A stretch of 45,777 nucleotides of DNA, from positions 1-45,777 of the IMG/VR virus record IMGVR_UViG_3300044898_000025. One strand, given 5' to 3'. The notes below the pieces were generated by a model. It saw only the letters and a program-made list of their open reading frames with translations, did not search any database and was not told the origin of the DNA. Made by a program: the position numbers and the translations under genes. Positions 26,368 through 34,159 of the stretch are shown piece by piece; the first letter of the stretch is position 1, and every line of letters begins with the position of its first letter. Source of the DNA: a virus.

Positions 26368-26657
26368 CACTGCTCTCCTCCCTTGGTGGTCTCTGGTTGG
26401 TGCTGGGGTTTGACTCCGAGGCTGAGAAGGGCGAGAGCGTCGGACCCGGTCGGAGCGAACGCCTGACCGCGTTTCGTCAAGCGTTCGTTGTGGCCGTGCC
26501 ACAGCCCGAAGCTTTCGAGTCTCGCTTCCGCAGCGGCTAGGTCAGCGAGGGCGAAGTCAGGATCGGAGAGGTCAATCAGCCAAGGCTGGACGGTGGTGTT
26601 CTGCACAGACAGCCCTCGGTCAATCCAACGCAAAACTTCTTCGACATGCCCGCTCAT
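26367..26657 (-). CDS. Hypothetical protein upstream of Fic (96 aa)
   Basis: ORF that is translationally coupled on both sides. Confidence 0.6.
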   Translation of the reverse strand: MSGHVEEVLRWIDRGLSVQNTTVQPWLIDLSDPDFALADLAAAEARLESFGLWHGHNERLTKRGQAFAPTGSDALALLSLGVKPQHQPETTKGGEQ

Positions 26658-26830
26658 TCCTCACCCTCCCCAGCTAGTTCCTTAAGCACTGAAGAGAGGC
26701 CTTGTGCGTCTTCTCGGAGGGCCTGAGCAAGGCGGTGCGGGTCCGGTGGCACAGACCAGAGCAGCGCGTCCGCATAGCCTTCAAGGTGCCCCTGTACTCG
26801 GCTTAGGGTCTCGGTCTGGGTGGGGTTCAC
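26654..26830 (-). CDS. Hypothetical small protein (58 aa from GTG 26830; track start 26884)
   Basis: GTGA overlap with the stop of the upstream gene. Confidence 0.45.
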   Translation of the reverse strand: MNPTQTETLSRVQGHLEGYADALLWSVPPDPHRLAQALREDAQGLSSVLKELAGEGEE

Positions 26831-27057
26831 TGGACTACCTCGGCGACGGGCTGCTTCGCCGCGTACTTCATGCAGCAATCCCACGAGCAGAAGTGGTGCA
26901 TAACCTCGCCACCGTCGTCGACCTCGCGGGTCTCGATAACGCCTCGTGGCAGGTAAGGCGGCGGCGAAGCGGTCGCAACGTGCGCCGGTGCCTCAATACC
27001 TCCCGGCTCCGCTCCGCAGTCCGGTCCCTCGCAGTAGTAGGTCCGTTCGATGCTCAT
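26827..27057 (-). CDS. Cys-rich small protein (76 aa)
   Basis: MSIERTYYCEGPDCG...HHFCSWDCCMKY, with two Cys clusters that look like a zinc-binding site. Confidence 0.6.
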   Translation of the reverse strand: MSIERTYYCEGPDCGAEPGGIEAPAHVATASPPPYLPRGVIETREVDDGGEVMHHFCSWDCCMKYAAKQPVAEVVQ

Positions 27058-27230
27058 AGGGTCTCCTTGGACTGGTTGCTGGATGGGGTGGCTAGTTCGG
27101 CTTCCATGGCTTCACGGTCTTCGCGGGCGCGCCGGAGTTCTTCTAGCTGCTCTTCCTCCCAGGCTCTCGGGAAGAACTCGCGCTTGATCTCAGACAGGGA
27201 GCCGTAGCGTTTCTGAAGCTGCTCGCTCAC
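27054..27230 (-). CDS. Hypothetical small helical protein (58 aa, GTG start)
   Basis: Hand-translated as VSEQLQKRYGSLSEIKREFFPRAWEEEQLEELRRAREDREAMEAELATPSSNQSKETL*. It has a GTGA overlap upstream and an ATGA overlap downstream. Confidence 0.45.
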   Translation of the reverse strand: MSEQLQKRYGSLSEIKREFFPRAWEEEQLEELRRAREDREAMEAELATPSSNQSKETL

Positions 27231-27496
27231 GACGCACCTTCAATCCGCTCCGCTGCTTCGATGAACTCGGCCCCGCGAGGCGTGAGGTTGTAGCTCCACT
27301 CCTCGCCTTCCATCGCGTAATGGTCGTAGGTGCCGTCGATAAGCCCGCGGCTTTCTAGCTGACGCATCGTGAACGTCAAGTTGCCCGTCCACCGCGAGAG
27401 GTCACCGGAGAGGTTGTGCCCGTCTTCGCCGCGCTCTTCCATCTTCGCGATGGCCTCCATCACGCCCCGTTGGCTCTGGGTCAATCGCTCAGCCAT
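27227..27496 (-). CDS. Winged-helix (MarR-like) DNA-binding protein (89 aa from ATG 27496)
   Basis: MAERLTQSQRGVMEAIAKME...LTFTMRQLESRGLIDG has a wHTH-like pattern. There is an 8-nt ATGGCTGA overlap with the upstream gene. Confidence 0.5.
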   Translation of the reverse strand: MAERLTQSQRGVMEAIAKMEERGEDGHNLSGDLSRWTGNLTFTMRQLESRGLIDGTYDHYAMEGEEWSYNLTPRGAEFIEAAERIEGAS

Positions 27497-27962
27497 CGCT
27501 GCGTCCGTCCTCTCGGGATGAGTCGAGTGCCGCACGAAGAGGCTCTGCCATCTCGCCAGCCAGCTTCCCGAGCATCCCGCCTTTCTCTTCGGCGTAGTGC
27601 TCCATGCAGCCGACCTCGAAGTCCACCGCCTCCTGTAGAGCACTGAGCTTCTGCTCTGCCTTCTCGCGAAGCGCCAACTCCTGAGCGCCTTGCTCGTCGT
27701 GGAGGGTGCGCATTTCACGGACCGCCTCGACGGCGTGTTCGGCCAGCATCGAGTCCGGGGCGCCGTCCGGGTCCTCGCCGGTCAGTCGATAGCACTCGGC
27801 CAGTTGGGCTTGGAGCGTCTCCAGTTCGTCAGCCGCAGCTTCGATGTTCGCGGCGTCCGCCAAGACCTCGGTGTGTCCATCGGCCACGGAGCGCGCCCCA
27901 TCCGCCGTATCTCGCAAGCGCTCGATATCTGCGTCCTGCTTTACCTCGTCGCTGCTGTTCAT
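27489..27962 (-). CDS. Coiled-coil protein sharing the LAECY-TG-DP-G domain with the 39700..40047 product (157 aa from ATG 27962)
   Basis: QLAECYRLTGEDPDGAPDSMLAEHAVEAVREMR aligns with ELAECYCATGADPEGMSSATMAKEAVRAVRDLL in the other gene. Confidence 0.6.
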   Translation of the reverse strand: MNSSDEVKQDADIERLRDTADGARSVADGHTEVLADAANIEAAADELETLQAQLAECYRLTGEDPDGAPDSMLAEHAVEAVREMRTLHDEQGAQELALREKAEQKLSALQEAVDFEVGCMEHYAEEKGGMLGKLAGEMAEPLRAALDSSREDGRSDG

Positions 27963-28147
27963 TTCGTTCCTTCCTCTCCCTGTAGTGGCTGGGCTGCGGC
28001 AATATGGTTGTCGGCGTCGTCGCAGGCTTGGTCCCAGTCGGAGCGCAGCGGAGCCTTCCAGCCACATTCGCACGACGCCTGATGCTGCCCTTGGCTGCCC
28101 TCAAGCGACGCTGGTTCGGTCGCGACCTCCGGGAAATGTTCAGCCAC
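27959..28147 (-). CDS. Hypothetical small Cys-containing protein (62 aa from GTG 28147)
   Basis: 8-nt GTGGCTGA overlap with the upstream membrane-protein gene. The C-terminus reads PLQGEEGTK. Confidence 0.45.
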   Translation of the reverse strand: MAEHFPEVATEPASLEGSQGQHQASCECGWKAPLRSDWDQACDDADNHIAAAQPLQGEEGTK

Positions 28148-28337
28148 GGTCGTCCCGCTCCTCAAGCTCAACCTCAATCCGCAGGCACAGCCGAGCAACG
28201 AACCAGCAGGCCGGGACGGTGACCAAACAGACGATGAGGTCCGCGTTGACGCGCGCCAGTTCAACCACGATCCCCGCGAGATTCAGCAAGCCAATCGAGC
28301 CGAAGAAGAGGATCACGCCGATCTGTCGCCGCTTCAT
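28140..28337 (-). CDS. Small two-TM membrane protein (65 aa)
   Basis: Hydrophobic stretches IGVILFFGSIGLLNLAGIVV and LIVCLVTVPACWFVARLCL. Confidence 0.6.
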   Translation of the reverse strand: MKRRQIGVILFFGSIGLLNLAGIVVELARVNADLIVCLVTVPACWFVARLCLRIEVELEERDDRG

Positions 28338-28693
28338 TTCGGGTCCCCTCCCTGTACTGGAGAGGGCTGGGCAAATAGAAGCTCAGGTGGGGGCAGTGGT
28401 TTCTCGGACCCCGGCCAGGTCGTCGCGTCCTCGAGCTCCCCGCTGGCGCTCAGGTGCAGTTCGCGGTGATGGCGAGGGAGGATGCAGGGATCGGCTTCGG
28501 TCGAGTAACCGCACCGAGGTGCGAAGCAGCCGGAGCAGATGACCATGCGCTCGTCGGGATCGCGCGGGTTCTCCAGCACGTCCCCGAGTCGCAGGGTGAT
28601 CCAGTTGTGCGCCGGGTGGTAGTGGCAAGCCTCGACGCTCTCGCGATCGTAGCTACCGTCGAGCCAGAACGGATGCGCCGCTTTCGTGCTCAC
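28334..28693 (-). CDS. Hypothetical Cys/His-rich protein (119 aa from GTG 28693)
   Basis: GTGA overlap with the upstream stop. The motif MVICSGCFAPRCGY is present. Confidence 0.5.
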   Translation of the reverse strand: MSTKAAHPFWLDGSYDRESVEACHYHPAHNWITLRLGDVLENPRDPDERMVICSGCFAPRCGYSTEADPCILPRHHRELHLSASGELEDATTWPGSEKPLPPPELLFAQPSPVQGGDPK

Positions 28694-29025
28694 GTCCCCT
28701 CCTCCCCTACTGGTGAGGTGGTGGGGGCACGGGCGGCGAGTGCTCGACGAGCTATCTCCTGCGGGCTCGCCGAGTTCAAGAACAGCCGCCACTCGTCGTT
28801 CGGCGTATCGGTCCAGTGCGGCTGGCGACCCCGATGTTGGTCGCGGGCGATGGCTTCTAGCGCCTCTTCGAAGACTCCAGGGCGGGCCTCAGGCTCTTCC
28901 AGGGCATCACGCAGCTTCCCAATCACCCCGAGACGAATGTCGCGACCGTAGGGCTCTGAGAACTCCCCTCGAAACGCCTGCTGCTCCGTCTCCGTGAGCG
29001 TGATCACGACCTGACGCTCAGCCAT
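28690..29025 (-). CDS. Hypothetical protein (111 aa)
   Basis: ORF with protein-like composition, coupled to both neighbours. Confidence 0.6.
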   Translation of the reverse strand: MAERQVVITLTETEQQAFRGEFSEPYGRDIRLGVIGKLRDALEEPEARPGVFEEALEAIARDQHRGRQPHWTDTPNDEWRLFLNSASPQEIARRALAARAPTTSPVGEEGT

Positions 29026-29359
29026 CCCGCTCCCCCTCCTTAGAGGTAGTAGTGGTCTGGTCGGGCGGTCCGGGGTCGATGGTCTCCGCCTCCGTAATCT
29101 CCGGTCGCCTATGCAGAATCAGATCCGGCTGGGAAGGTCGAAGAAGGCCCGTGTCGACGGCCTCAATTTCGTAGACCTGCATCGGCAGTGAGTCGGAGCC
29201 TCGGAGCATCAACGCGAGTCCTCGGCGGGTCCGAGAAGCCAACCCCCAGCCACGCCAGGTGCGGGCGATGAATCGAGCCCCGTTCCGGTGGACGGTGCGC
29301 GGTCGTAGCGCCTCTGAACTCTGCGAGTCCGACCGATAGCGATAGCTGGCTTCAGTCAT
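29018..29359 (-). CDS. Hypothetical protein (113 aa from ATG 29359)
   Basis: 8-nt ATGACTGA overlap with the upstream gene. Confidence 0.5.
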   Translation of the reverse strand: MTEASYRYRSDSQSSEALRPRTVHRNGARFIARTWRGWGLASRTRRGLALMLRGSDSLPMQVYEIEAVDTGLLRPSQPDLILHRRPEITEAETIDPGPPDQTTTTSKEGERDG

Positions 29360-30422
29360 CGGACTTCTCCACCAGCCGCTCCAGCGCGTCGCGAACAACG
29401 CTTTGGACTTCCGGCCTCTCGGCCCACTGGCCGAATCCGCCGCCCGCGACTATCTGCTCGGCAACCGCCGCATTCTCGGCCCTAACCTGCACCCGACCAG
29501 TTACACCGACGAGATAGCTCGCGTCAGCCTCCCCCGGACTTGACTGGCCGTCCTGTATGGGCTGGGGCGGGGTAGCAGCGAAGGGATCGGGCTCAGTCAG
29601 ACCGCAGAGGTCGCAGGTCATCGTCCCGTCGCCGTTCAACGTCGTGTCCGGGTGGGTGCAGCGGTCCCTGAATCGCTTTACTTCGGCTCGCAGCTTCTCC
29701 TTCTCCGGGTCGACGAATCGGTCTCGAAGCTCCGCAAACGTCTTTGGCGCCTCCCCCTCTTCCTGTATAGGCTGGGTGGACTCGTCTTCGTCCTCGCTTT
29801 CGATGTACTCAGAGGCATGTCGGACCAGCGCCTCGGCGATGCCAGCGACGAAGTCGGAGTGCACACCTTCCTCTCCTTCGCTGAACTCGTCGGCAACTTC
29901 GTCGATGGTCATGCGGTCGAGGATCAGCCTCTTCAGCCGGTCCGCCTCCCCCTCTTCCTGTATAGGAGCCTGGAGGGCGGCACAGAGAGCCCTTTTGGAT
30001 GCCGTTAGCTCCGTCATCGGCACAAGCCGGTCTCCTAGGCCAGAGATGCATCGCAAGTAAGCGCGCGCTGCCGCCTCGACCGCCTCGTCGCTCAGCAGCG
30101 CCGCCTCTACCTTCGACCGCTCTTCCTGACGGGCGGTGTCGATGGCGGCCTCGGCTTTGTCGGCTCGGCTGCGCTCCTCACGTGCCATTTCTCCCATCCG
30201 AGTCGCCTTCTGATCTGCGGCGTAGAGACGATCCCGTTCTTCGGCCCGTTCAGCCTCCGCCTCCTGACGGGCGTGTTCGGCTATCAGGGGCTCGAACTCG
30301 CGAAGGATGACTCGCATCTCCTCCATGCTGATCTGGAATCCGGGTCCGGTCTCGGCCCGAACTATGCCGATGATCCGACCCCATCTTGCTGGCGTTAGTT
30401 CGCGCTCCACGTAATCGCTCAT
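29352..30422 (-). CDS. Acidic coiled-coil protein with internal PIQEEGEA repeats (356 aa)
   Basis: Long ORF containing two exact 24-bp repeats and a third degenerate copy, each encoding (A/Q)PIQ(E/D)... Confidence 0.7.
   Translation of the reverse strand: MSDYVERELTPARWGRIIGIVRAETGPGFQISMEEMRVILREFEPLIAEHARQEAEAERAEERDRLYAADQKATRMGEMAREERSRADKAEAAIDTARQEERSKVEAALLSDEAVEAAARAYLRCISGLGDRLVPMTELTASKRALCAALQAPIQEEGEADRLKRLILDRMTIDEVADEFSEGEEGVHSDFVAGIAEALVRHASEYIESEDEDESTQPIQEEGEAPKTFAELRDRFVDPEKEKLRAEVKRFRDRCTHPDTTLNGDGTMTCDLCGLTEPDPFAATPPQPIQDGQSSPGEADASYLVGVTGRVQVRAENAAVAEQIVAGGGFGQWAERPEVQSVVRDALERLVEKSDD
29748..29771. repeat. 24-bp exact direct repeat, copy 1 (cgcctccccctcttcctgtatagg)
   Basis: Identical to 29943..29966. 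The 195-bp spacing is in frame. It resembles the gene-junction motif of this operon. Confidence 0.9.
29943..29966. repeat. 24-bp exact direct repeat, copy 2
   Basis: Identical to 29748..29771. Confidence 0.9.
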
Positions 30423-30598
30423 CGCTCGCTCTCCTCTCTAGCCTGGTCTTGGTTAATCCGCCGAAACTCCCAGCCGTTAGCGCGGAGGGCGAGAAGCAGT
30501 TCTGACCACGCGACCACCCCGGCGTCTTCCAGCCAGCGGTTCCCTTCGGCAGCTTCGATCAGCGCGTCCTGCTCGGCGTAGTCAGCCTCGTCGCTCAT
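30419..30598 (-). CDS. Hypothetical small acidic protein (59 aa)
   Basis: Hand-translated as MSDEADYAEQDALIEAAEGNRWLEDAGVVAWSELLLALRANGWEFRRINQDQAREESER*. It has ATGA overlaps at both ends. Confidence 0.5.
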   Translation of the reverse strand: MSDEADYAEQDALIEAAEGNRWLEDAGVVAWSELLLALRANGWEFRRINQDQAREESER

Positions 30599-31758
30599 TC
30601 CGTGCCTTCCTTCCTGTTAGAGGTGGGCGTGAACATGAGTTGGAGGCCGTCCTCATTCAGGGCGGTCGCGAACTCAGCGAAGACGTGCGAGGGCGCGCCG
30701 GAGAACCAACGGCCGCCGCGCACCTTCATGGCCGCCTTCATGAACGCGAGCGTTTCAGCGCCCGGAACGACCGCATCCCCCTCCTCGGAGCCACTAGGTA
30801 GCTCCTGTGGGGCGTAAAAGCGACGTTCGACCTTGTCGAGATCCGTGATCGACACAACAGCGCCTCGCCAGTTCGTGACGACCTTCCCACAGGCTCCGAC
30901 TCGCTTGTAGAGCGGGATTACGTCGGGCCAAACATCAGGGTTCGTCGGTGCGCCATCCCAGTCGCCGCCCTCCGGCTCCTGTTGATCCTGCGCTTGGCTG
31001 CGAGCGTCCCAGAGGGCTTTACGCGCTTCGTCCCGTTCGGCTTCCGGAGCAGCGAGCAAGGGCAGCAGGGCATCAACGAGATTGCCGCCGTGCGCCCTCC
31101 AGTCCTGAACTACCGACTCGACGCGGTCTCTTAGCTCCTCCGGCTCCTGTGGGGCTTTGCCGGTGCAGTCGGTCTTTTCGACTTTCCACTTGCCGGTAGG
31201 GCAGGCGTTGTCGTGGTCCCCCGGGCTACCGTTGTCAGTCTTGCGCTGGGCACCGCAGTGCATGCACCGTTCCGGCTCCGAGGTCAGGGTGAGGTTCCGA
31301 AGAGAGCACTTCAGGCGCGCCACCATCTCGTGGGCCATGTCGATGTTCTGCCCGGTGCGGGCAGTCTTGACGGGCGAGAGTTGGACCTGGATTTGCTCGG
31401 CCGCCTCGACCATCACCAGCACCTCAGCCTTTAGGGCCGACAGCTCGGACTCGGCTTTGTCGAGCGCCGATTTGTTGTTCACAGCGATGGTCCGGTAGCC
31501 GTCCGCCGCTCGGTCCGCCTCTGCGAGGTTCGATTCAGCGTCGTCCCGTTCCTTCAGGGCCTCGTCTCTTTGTGCCTCGGCTGCTTCAGTCTGAGCGCGG
31601 CTTCCAGCCCGTGCCTCCTCTAGAGAGGCCTGATGCTCCTCAAACCTCATCCACTCGCCGTCGTCCTTCACGACCGGCTCCAGTGGATTGTTCAAGACGC
31701 CAAAGGTGAACCGCTCGACCTCTCGCCGCTCGGTGTTCTTAGTCTCTCCTTTGGGCAT
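30595..31758 (-). CDS. Coiled-coil / Cys-cluster protein, unknown function (387 aa)
   Basis: Long ORF with an N-terminal coiled coil and a central CMHCG...C...C cluster. Confidence 0.7.
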   Translation of the reverse strand: MPKGETKNTERREVERFTFGVLNNPLEPVVKDDGEWMRFEEHQASLEEARAGSRAQTEAAEAQRDEALKERDDAESNLAEADRAADGYRTIAVNNKSALDKAESELSALKAEVLVMVEAAEQIQVQLSPVKTARTGQNIDMAHEMVARLKCSLRNLTLTSEPERCMHCGAQRKTDNGSPGDHDNACPTGKWKVEKTDCTGKAPQEPEELRDRVESVVQDWRAHGGNLVDALLPLLAAPEAERDEARKALWDARSQAQDQQEPEGGDWDGAPTNPDVWPDVIPLYKRVGACGKVVTNWRGAVVSITDLDKVERRFYAPQELPSGSEEGDAVVPGAETLAFMKAAMKVRGGRWFSGAPSHVFAEFATALNEDGLQLMFTPTSNRKEGTE

Positions 31759-31910
31759 CAGACAGCGCTCCAGCGGATGACGGGCGGGCGACGCTTGCCG
31801 GTGCGCTCTTCCTCAGCGATCCGCGCCCAGGCTTCCTTCTGGACTCGGACGATGTCTCGCGGCTTGCACCCCTCGCAGCCGCATTCCGGGTAGTGCGTCT
31901 TCTCGGCCAT
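31758..31910 (-). CDS. Hypothetical small Cys-containing protein (50 aa)
   Basis: Hand-translated as MAEKTHYPECGCEGCKPRDIVRVQKEAWARIAEEERTGKRRPPVIRWSAV*. There is a TGATG overlap downstream. Confidence 0.4.
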   Translation of the reverse strand: MAEKTHYPECGCEGCKPRDIVRVQKEAWARIAEEERTGKRRPPVIRWSAV

Positions 31911-31913
31911 CGT

Positions 31914-32117
31914 CTAGCCCTCCTTGCCGTTCGTGCAGAAAGCGAATTCAGGGCGAGCGGCGCCTACGGTCGTCTGCTCGATATCGAGGCCGTCGTCCTC
32001 CCATTCTTTGATCGACTCCGATATCTCGCCAGCGGTACGAGGCGTGACCACGATGAGGCCGTGAAGCTTCCCGCAGTCCTTGCACCGCCCTACAAATGCT
32101 TGGTCGTTATCGGCCAT
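31914..32117 (-). CDS. Hypothetical protein (67 aa)
   Basis: ORF containing a CKDCGK motif, with a 1-nt overlap with the upstream gene. Confidence 0.55.
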   Translation of the reverse strand: MADNDQAFVGRCKDCGKLHGLIVVTPRTAGEISESIKEWEDDGLDIEQTTVGAARPEFAFCTNGKEG

Positions 32118-32431
32118 CAGTCCTTGCCTTTCGGGGTTGACTGGGTGGACTGGTCCTCGGTCGGGCGCGGCCGTTCGACTGCCGGCATGCGAATGACGGG
32201 GTCGAACATGTGCGCGGACTCGGGCACGCCGTTATCCGAGACGGTGAAGCGGTGCGGCTTCTCGCTCAAGAGTGCGACGACGGTGTCTCGGCGGCGGAGG
32301 AACTTCTCCAACGCGTCAGAGCGCCCGAAGCCGGTGACGAAATCCTCGGTCGTCTTGCCGGTAGCTACGGCTTCCATGGAGACGAGGAAGGTCCGCTTTC
32401 CTTCGGCCGCAGGATTGTCCGCTGCCGCCAT
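32117..32431 (-). CDS. Hypothetical protein (104 aa)
   Basis: ORF coupled to its neighbours. Confidence 0.6.
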   Translation of the reverse strand: MAAADNPAAEGKRTFLVSMEAVATGKTTEDFVTGFGRSDALEKFLRRRDTVVALLSEKPHRFTVSDNGVPESAHMFDPVIRMPAVERPRPTEDQSTQSTPKGKD

Positions 32432-32595
32432 TAGGACTCGTCCTGATGGCTAGCTTTATCTCCAGCGGGTTCGTAATGACCGCAGTTGCAATCAGGCGCA
32501 TCGCAGATAATCGCGCCGTCATGGCCGTGCTGATCTTCGGCGTGGCCGCATACGCAACTCGGCCGGTCGGCAGTACCCTTCGCGGTGCTGGTCAT
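32431..32595 (-). CDS. Cys/His-rich small protein, first gene of the early small-gene operon (54 aa)
   Basis: Hand-translated as MTSTAKGTADRPSCVCGHAEDQHGHDGAIICDAPDCNCGHYEPAGDKASHQDES*. SD AAGGGAG lies upstream. Confidence 0.5.
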   Translation of the reverse strand: MTSTAKGTADRPSCVCGHAEDQHGHDGAIICDAPDCNCGHYEPAGDKASHQDES

Positions 32596-32654
32596 GGGCT
32601 GACTCCCTTGACTAGGGCGGCTGGGTGGTGAGACACCGCGAGCCGCGTTTTCGG

Positions 32655-32683
32655 TCTAGTCATAGTATCAGATGCGTTACTAT
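32655..32683 (+). promoter_or_regulatory. Candidate promoter for a leaderless RHH transcript (TCTAGT-N17-TACTAT)
   Basis: AT-rich island in a GC-rich genome. The -10-like TACTAT ends 7 nt before ATG 32691, and there is no SD. Confidence 0.35.
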
Positions 32684-32690
32684 CCCGCCC

Positions 32691-32840
32691 ATGACTAAAC
32701 CCAGCGGCAAGACCCAAATCCGAATCCTCCCGGCCCTTCACGCGCACCTGATCCGCATCGCCGAGTCGGAAGGGAAGTCGCTCAACTCCCTGATTGAGAA
32801 CCTTCTCGCTGGCGGCTCCAACTTCAAGCTCCCCAAGTAG
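32691..32840 (+). CDS. Ribbon-helix-helix (Arc/CopG/HicB-C-terminal-like) DNA-binding protein (49 aa)
   Basis: MTKPSGKTQIRILPALHAHLIRIAESEGKSLNSLIENLLAGGSNFKLPK shows the beta-strand/helix/helix RHH pattern. Third-position GC is ~80% in this frame, versus ~55% for the antisense track ORF. Confidence 0.7.
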   Translation: MTKPSGKTQIRILPALHAHLIRIAESEGKSLNSLIENLLAGGSNFKLPK

Positions 32841-32869
32841 CTCGCTACTCATTGCACTGCTCCCTTCGT

Positions 32870-32885
32870 TGCTCCATCTAGGTCC
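32870..32885. repeat. 16-bp direct repeat flanking the methyltransferase gene, copy 1 (tgctccatctaggtcc)
   Basis: Identical to 34168..34183. It lies 5 nt beyond the MTase stop codon. Confidence 0.8.
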
Positions 32886-32890
32886 GGGGT

Positions 32891-34159
32891 TCATGTGGCT
32901 GCTCCGAGGTCGAAGTCGAAAGCGCCCTGGCCGTCGAGGACCGGTGCCTTGTTGGAGAGGTGCCCGGCCGGGTTTGCTTCCCAGCGGCGGATGCGGTCTT
33001 CCCCGAGAGCGACGTACTCCGGGTTCAACTCGATGCCGATGAAGTCCCGGCCGAGCTGGGTGGCGACGAGGCCGGTGGTCGCGGCGCCTGCGAAGGGGTC
33101 GAGAATGGACGCTGAAATCGGCGGGGTGCCGTGAGCGCAGCCTGGCTCAAAGCCGAGCGTCGTGACCTGTTTGTTCAGCCTCGGCATACCGGCGCCGTCG
33201 AAGTTGTTCTGACCTGACGCCTCTTTTCGGCCTACGACGCTCCCGGCGCCGTGCTTGGGGGACTTGACGTACTCGGTCGACGTCAGCCGCCGCCACGGCG
33301 CTCTGCACTCGGCGCAGGCGCCTACCGGCGTCCCAGCCCTGACGCAAGGCTCGACGAGGTCCGGCGGGAAGGTCGCAAAGTGAGCGTCGGGGTAGGGCCG
33401 AGTGGCGATCGTCCAGACGGAGCGTTTGTTGCGACCGAGCGCCATCTGCTCGTTCTTCGACATCGCTTCCCAACGGTCGTTGAAGCCGTCGTGGCGGCGG
33501 CCGTGGCCGCGCTGCTTGTCCTGACGCTCGCGCTCTTGCTCGGGCGAGCGGCGACTGAAGCCCTGAGCGTGGGGCGACTTCTGGGCGCCGTTCAGGCCCA
33601 CCCACGTCGCCTTCTCCCGGATCGCCTCCGCGTCGTAGAAGTACTTCGGGGACTTCGTCAGCAGGAACAGGTACTCATGCGAGCTGGTCGGTCGGTCGGT
33701 GACCGACTCCGGCATCGGGTTCGGCTTCGCCCAAATGATGTCTCGGCGCAGGTACCAGCCGTCAGCCCGGAGGGCGAAGGCGAGCATCCACGGGATGCCG
33801 ACGAGGTCCTTGTGCTTGAGACCCGGCGCGACTTTCCGCGAGTCGCTTTTCTCGGGGATGCCAACGCCCTTTGCGGCGCGACCGAAGTTGCCGTTGCGCC
33901 CGCTCGCGAACCGAGCGTAGGAGTCACCGATGTTCAGCCAGAGCGTCCCGTCCGAGCGCAGCACCCGCCACACCTCGGCGAAGACCTCGACCATCGCCGC
34001 GACGAACTGCTCCGGCGTCTTCTCGAGCCCCAACTGACCATCGACGCCGTAGTCCCGCAAGCCCCAGTAAGGAGGACTCGTCACGCAGCACTGAACCGAT
34101 TCGTCCTTAAGAGTCCGCATCTGCTCTACGCAGTCGCCGGTGAGGATTGACCAGGTCAT
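32891..34159 (-). CDS. DNA methyltransferase, beta-class amino-MTase (N4-C or N6-A), orphan (422 aa from ATG 34159)
   Basis: Motif IV is CVTSPPYWG near the N-terminus and motif I is ILDPFAGAATTG near the C-terminus. ATGA overlap with the upstream gene. No restriction-endonuclease partner is recognised. Confidence 0.85.
   Translation of the reverse strand: MTWSILTGDCVEQMRTLKDESVQCCVTSPPYWGLRDYGVDGQLGLEKTPEQFVAAMVEVFAEVWRVLRSDGTLWLNIGDSYARFASGRNGNFGRAAKGVGIPEKSDSRKVAPGLKHKDLVGIPWMLAFALRADGWYLRRDIIWAKPNPMPESVTDRPTSSHEYLFLLTKSPKYFYDAEAIREKATWVGLNGAQKSPHAQGFSRRSPEQERERQDKQRGHGRRHDGFNDRWEAMSKNEQMALGRNKRSVWTIATRPYPDAHFATFPPDLVEPCVRAGTPVGACAECRAPWRRLTSTEYVKSPKHGAGSVVGRKEASGQNNFDGAGMPRLNKQVTTLGFEPGCAHGTPPISASILDPFAGAATTGLVATQLGRDFIGIELNPEYVALGEDRIRRWEANPAGHLSNKAPVLDGQGAFDFDLGAAT

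Noticed and set aside
32592-32894. The 100-aa minus-strand ORF spanning the gap between the MTase gene and the next operon
   Set aside because: It is antisense to a textbook RHH gene. Its third-position GC is only ~55% versus ~80% for the plus frame, and it would have to code through an AT-rich promoter-like island. It is kept only as an alternative in the corresponding finding, because both of its ends show ATGA couplings.
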